Source of the DNA: Hormiphora californensis
Taxonomy: Eukaryota; Animalia; Ctenophora
DNA length: 64,000 bases
Direction: 5' to 3'
Assembly (NCBI GenBank): GCA_020137815.1
Contig: CM035360.1
Location: forward strand, 620,001 to 684,000
Position 1 is the first letter of the stretch; the number at the start of each line of letters is the position of its first letter. The position numbers were made by a program, and so were the translations under genes. Shown piece after piece: positions 59,601 through 64,000 of this stretch. The notes beneath the pieces are model-generated. The model did not search any database and was not told the origin of the DNA. It was given only the letters and a program-made list of their open reading frames with translations.

Positions 59601-62600
59601 AAAAAATACAAAAAAATACAAAAAAATACAAAAAAATATACCGCTGAAGGGAACTTCTTTAGGGCCCCCTATAAGTCTCTAGAGGTTTGCGGGGTCCTTA
59701 TACTGGCCTGTATAGCCCTCTAGTTTCGTAGTACTCATAATCCCATGCTTTTTCCATGCGAACATTACCATGATTAAGTTATTCTAGACCTGAACTTGCT
59801 CCAAATCCTAGTTGGGTAACAGCAAAATATGTCGGGATAGTGCCCAAGCTTTATTTTCTGATGAAATTTCATTTTTCGGCCGAATATGCCTACTTATTCC
59901 CCCTCATGCCTGGAAAAAGGAGGCATAAGCAGGCCGAAAAACTGAAAAAGCCGAATCGGCCTCTCTCCCCCGGCCAGTTGTGCGCGCGCTACATTATATA
60001 CTCTCAAATCGCAGTCTATTCAGTTCCCCCATGGTGTAGTGGTTATTGCATGTACTTGACACGCAGAAGGTCCCGGGTTCGAAACTCGCCTGGATCATTT
60101 TTTTCAAAACTTTTTAAATACTAACACTTGGTATAGCACTAAGTGTAAATCAATTAATTTCAAAAACTCGACCGTTTTTTAGACTATTAAATTAAAGTTC
60201 CACTATCTTGAACTATTATCAAACTAACTTAGACCACGGGAAAAAATCGGCCAAAATGGGGATAAATTTTGGCCATTCTCGGCCAAAAAATATGCTGGGA
60301 CACCGGGTTAGTAAGACTTGTTCTAGTTAGGAGTCGTGGGGACGGGGAATGGTAAAATAAACTAAATAAACACTCTAGAGGCCTTTAAAGGTCAATAGAA
60401 GGACCTCGAGCGCCTCTAGAGACCTGTAGAAGGCACCAAAGAAGTTCCCGACAGCAGTAAACTTTTTTGTATTTTTTTGTATTTTTTTGTATTTTTTTGT
60501 ATTTTTTGTACGGACCGTACAAAAAAATATTGCCTGCTTTTTCCGTACATCCGTACACAAAAATGGTTGATACCCCCCCGTGACTGGTTATCAGCCAATC
60601 AGGGACCAGTATTTCCTGTTTGAAACAGGTGTAGTTTTACAGACAACAGGATCAGGAAATACTGGTCCCTGATTGGCTGATAACCAGTCACGTGACCTAA
60701 ATAACGAGTTCTGATTGGTACTTGTTTCGGTCGGTTCCTGGTTTGAAACAGGTGTAGTTTTACAGACAACATACAAATTGACAAACAGATTGACAAACAG
60801 ATTGACAAACAGGTATACAGACGCAGACAAACAGACAGACAAACTGAACAAGCTATTAGGTACCTGGTGGTTTCCAGACCCCCGGATTCTGACCAGGACC
60901 AATTCCAATCACATCCAACACAGTCCCCTTATCATGTCCCTCCGGGGCTGGTCTCACTGACATTCTGACACAGTCACTCTCAATTGAGCTCTTGGTACTT
61001 CTCCTGTCTTGGTATGTCATCTCAACTGAGCTAAAAGGGAGGGTTAACGCATTAGCTATAATTGAGCTAAAAGGGAGGAGGGTTAATGAATTAGCTATAA
61101 TTGAGATAGGAGCTAGAATATCATCAGATATTTCCATCAGATATATATTACTGACAATGAAGTTTCAGTTAAGTTACCTCTTAGTGCTCCTCCGCTCTCC
61201 CCTCGCCCCTTCGTGATGCTCTCCGGGGTCGTCAGCATCATATGAGAAGGTCTTGCTTGAGAACAGAGATGTCAGGGAGCGACCTGCCCCTATTGACTTG
61301 GGCGAGAGAGTTCCCATAACAGGCTTCACCACCACATGCTGTGAAAGAGGGGATGATAATAATAATTACAATAATTACATGATGAACAAATTGGCAGATA
61401 ATGACCAGATCGACTACTAATTAATTAACTAATTAACTGACTAATTAACTAACTAATTAACTGACTAATTAACTGATTAATTATCTAATTAACTGACTAA
61501 TTAGCTAATTAACTAATTAACTAATTTATTAGTTAACTATACCTCAACTGGTTCATTCATAACGGAGCTACTCGATGAGAAATCATCATCTTCATCCATT
61601 TGATGAGGCGTCTTGCCTGGTAACACTGAGTTTCCAATCATTATAGAAGGACCAGCAATGGGGGAGGAAGGCTGGTGTCCGGCTAAACTTGCCCCCTTCA
61701 TTCGTCTCTCTGGAAATATGGGAAGATTGGATGATATGTACAGGGGAATCAGATACTAGGGTTGTGTTTATACCTACCCCGGATTGGGATTGCAATCCAA
61801 TGTGAAGGGAACAAACATCAACAGTAGCTACCATGGTTACTACTAGTAGTGACCATGGTAACCATGGTAACAAGTTGTTATGGTCTAACCCTCCCTTTAC
61901 ATTTGCAAAGGAAGGGGGCGGTTTCGGGGGCGGGGCGCCCGAAACACAGTCTAGCTTGGCAAGGTAACAACAGTAGTTACCATGGTAACAACAATTCTAC
62001 CTGTTTTAGGGGTGAAGAGCCTCTTGAATTTCTCGATGGGAGAGAGAGCTAGGGTTGCCAGGGAAGCGAGGGAGCTACCTCTAGCACCCCGTGCACTTCC
62101 CCCGGCTGAGGAGGACCCTCCCCCATGGGTAGCTGCTGCAGCTAAATGTTGCTCACTTCTCTCACTCCTGTACAGGGGGTGGTAGGTAAATACAGTGGTT
62201 CATGTGATACATGGTGTTCATTTTGGAACAATGTAATACATACATGTCACATGTAGAACTAGAGTCCAGTTGGGCGAGTGATGCGTCCTGAGAGCTCTCA
62301 ACACTCTGCGCTGACAAGATGGGTTCCAGTGGATGGTGTTGTTGCAGCGTCTGACCTGGCGTGTTAGACGAGTGTTAAAGACATGTTAGAGGAGTGTTAG
62401 AGACATGTTAGGGGCGTGTTAGAGGAGTGTTAGAGACATGTTAGGGGCGTGTTAGGGACATGTTAGGGGCGTGTTAGGGGCGTGTTAGGGACATGTTAGG
62501 GACATGTTAGGGGCGTGTTAGGGACATGTTAGGGACATGTTAGGGGCGTGTTAGGGACATGTTAGGGGCGTGTTAGGGACATGTTAGGGGAGTGTTAGGG

Positions 62601-63646
62601 GCGTGTTAGAGGAGTTTTAAAGACATGTTAGGGGTGTGTTAGAGGCGTGTTAGGGACATGTTAGGGACATGTTAGGGACATTTTAGGGGCGTGTTAAAGA
62701 CATTTTAGGGGCGTGTTAAAGACATTTTAGGGGCGTGTTAGGGGAGTATTAGGGGAGTGTTATGGACATGTTAGGGACATTTTAGGGGCGTGTTAAAGAC
62801 ATGTTCGGGGCTTGTTAGGGACATGTTAGGGACATGTTCGGGGCGTGTTAGGGACATGTTAGGGACATGTTAGGGGCGTGTTAGGGACATGTTAGGGGCG
62901 TGTTAGGGACATGTTAGGGGAGTGTTAGGAGCGTGTTAGAGGAGTTTTAAAGACATGTTAGGGGTGTGTTAGAGGCGTGTTAGGGGCGTGTTAGGGACAT
63001 GTTAGGGGCATGTTAGGGACATGTTAGGGACATTTTAGGGGCGTGTTAAAGACATTTTAGGGGCGTGTTAAAGACATTTTAGGGGCGTGTTAGGGGAGTG
63101 TTATGGACATGTTAGGGACATTTTAGGGGCGTGTTAAAGACATGTTCGGGGCGTGTTAGGGACATGTTAGGGACATGTTAGGGGCGTGTTAGGGACATGT
63201 TAGGGGCGTGTTAGGGACATGTTAGGGGAGTGTTAGGGGCGTGTTAGAGGAGTTTTAAAGACATGTTAGGGGTGTGTTAGAGGCGTGTTAGGGACATGTT
63301 AGGGGCATGTTAGGGACATGTTAGGGACATGTTAGGGACATGTTAGGGACATTTTAGGGGCGTGTTAGGGACGAGTTAGGGGTGTGTTAGGGGCGTGCTG
63401 ACAGGATGGGCTCCAGTGGGTGGTGCTGTTGCAGCGTCTGACCTGGAATTGTGGGGTTACAACTTACAAACTTTAGAGCAGTTACAAATTAATAGATCAA
63501 ATGTGCCCAAAGTGCTATAGTTCTTCACTCTCCCAGATTAATTAATTAACTAGCTAATTAGCTGTTTACTTACAGGACTGTATAAACTCAGGTATCTGGT
63601 CGGCAGCTTGTGGAATAAGGGAGCCTTGTGAGTAGTAAGGTCGAAT
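56605..63646 (-). CDS. RIMS: RIM/UNC-10 (Rab3-interacting molecule), 3' exons including the C2B domain; gene continues beyond the window
   Basis: In-phase exons 63574-63646, 62244-62355, 62001-62167, 61543-61709, 61178-61338, 60864-61030, 59221-59340 and 56605-56894. A Ser-rich linker leads to IGPGQ..GDVQVSL..GQLKFTVIKARHL..DSYVKSYLLEGKRKIQKHRSK..GEAQINLASLDL..AWYRLF, the RIM C2B signature. Confidence 0.88.
56888..57065 (-). repeat. 36-bp tandem repeat (~5 copies) spanning the acceptor of the last RIM exon
   Basis: Unit TAGCTGTCTGTAGGGTGGACGTGTGTTAGGGACGTA at 56888, 56924, 56960, 56996 and ~57032. Confidence 0.9.
57163..59240 (-). repeat. 40-bp minisatellite (~52 copies); each unit is the exon end plus GTAAGT splice donor of RIM
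   Basis: Unit on + is ACACCCACCCACTTACCAAGAGGTTTATCTGC(T/A)GTGTGTG. The last unit overlaps the real exon/intron junction at 59221/59220. Confidence 0.95.
59506..60578. mobile_element. Mutator-like non-autonomous element (9-bp TSD) inserted into a hAT MITE
   Basis: TSD CGTGACTGG (59497-59505 and 60579-60587). G-run-TA(C/T)CAACC TIRs and (TTTTTTGTA)n subterminal repeats. Confidence 0.8.
60023..60097 (+). pseudogene. tRNA-Val-derived pseudogene / Pol III cassette inside the Mutator-like element
   Basis: A box TGGTGTAGTGG, B box GGTTCGAAAC and T7 run at 60098-60104. Collinear with eukaryotic tRNA-Val, but the acceptor and anticodon stems are mispaired. Confidence 0.7.
62361..63397. repeat. 11-bp minisatellite (GTTAGGGACAT / GTTAGGGGCGT) in a RIM intron
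   Basis: ~90 variant units, flanked by a ~47-bp duplication of the acceptor and exon start. Confidence 0.95.
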
Positions 63647-64000
63647 CTGAGGGGGGGGGGGGATTTTAGAAAAATCGGGCTGTATAGATCCACATTATAA
63701 CATATCTACCGTTATTCATGTTATTGAAATCCATATGTACATAATAGACTCATTCTAATTATCTCGACCAAACGCGGAGTTTTTTAGGTCATCCAACCCG
63801 AAATCGGAATAATAAATTTGGTCACATAATAGTCTCAGGACTTCCATTGCCTAGCTAGACAGTTTTTCGCACACCCCGCCCGCGAAACTTAACAAATGTA
63901 AAGAGAGGGTTAGAACATAACAAGACTTCCAAAAATGTCAAAATATGTTTAACTTTTCTGGAGTTAGGCCACTTAATTACCCTTTAATTGCATGTGATTA

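Noticed and set aside
60023-60097. Functional tRNA-Val(GAC)
   Set aside because: Multiple mismatches in the acceptor and anticodon stems, and it lies inside a transposon.
62361-63397. Telomere or interstitial telomeric array
   Set aside because: TTAGGG is embedded in an 11-bp unit rather than tandem hexamers, and the array is intronic.

Overview
Eukaryotic, intron-rich, (CT/AG)n-rich genomic DNA, probably from a ctenophore. This is an inference from recalled repeat families: the ~109-bp CAGGAACCGACCG MITE and the (ACCATGGTT)n repeats resemble those I associate with Pleurobrachia. Manual splicing gave five phase-consistent protein-coding genes. (1) A secreted pacifastin/VWC-like Cys-rich protein (+, 7106-9335). 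(2) A complete 7-exon Rab8/Rab10-clade GTPase (-, 10006-18189), whose promoter and exons 1-4 are tandemly duplicated (second copy 23089-24343). (3) A FAM53-family gene (+, 45765-49102). (4) Mitochondrial ribosomal protein mL43 (-, 52112-55417). (5) The 3' part of a RIM/UNC-10 gene (-, 56605 to beyond 63646). The rest is microsatellite, minisatellite and non-autonomous DNA-transposon sequence, plus one LINE tail. Four patterns stand out. (a) Two sequence-unrelated non-coding insertions share one architecture: an internal sequence complementary to the joined termini, plus a ~180-200-nt three-hairpin cap. (b) Splice sites are repeatedly duplicated or amplified at intron edges, including ~52 tandem donors, in-frame acceptor ladders and CTAAC branch-point arrays. 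(c) The partial Rab duplication shows 16 synonymous versus 1 non-synonymous difference. (d) RFX X-box-like palindromic repeats cluster next to splice sites. All exon calls are by-eye predictions without transcript evidence.
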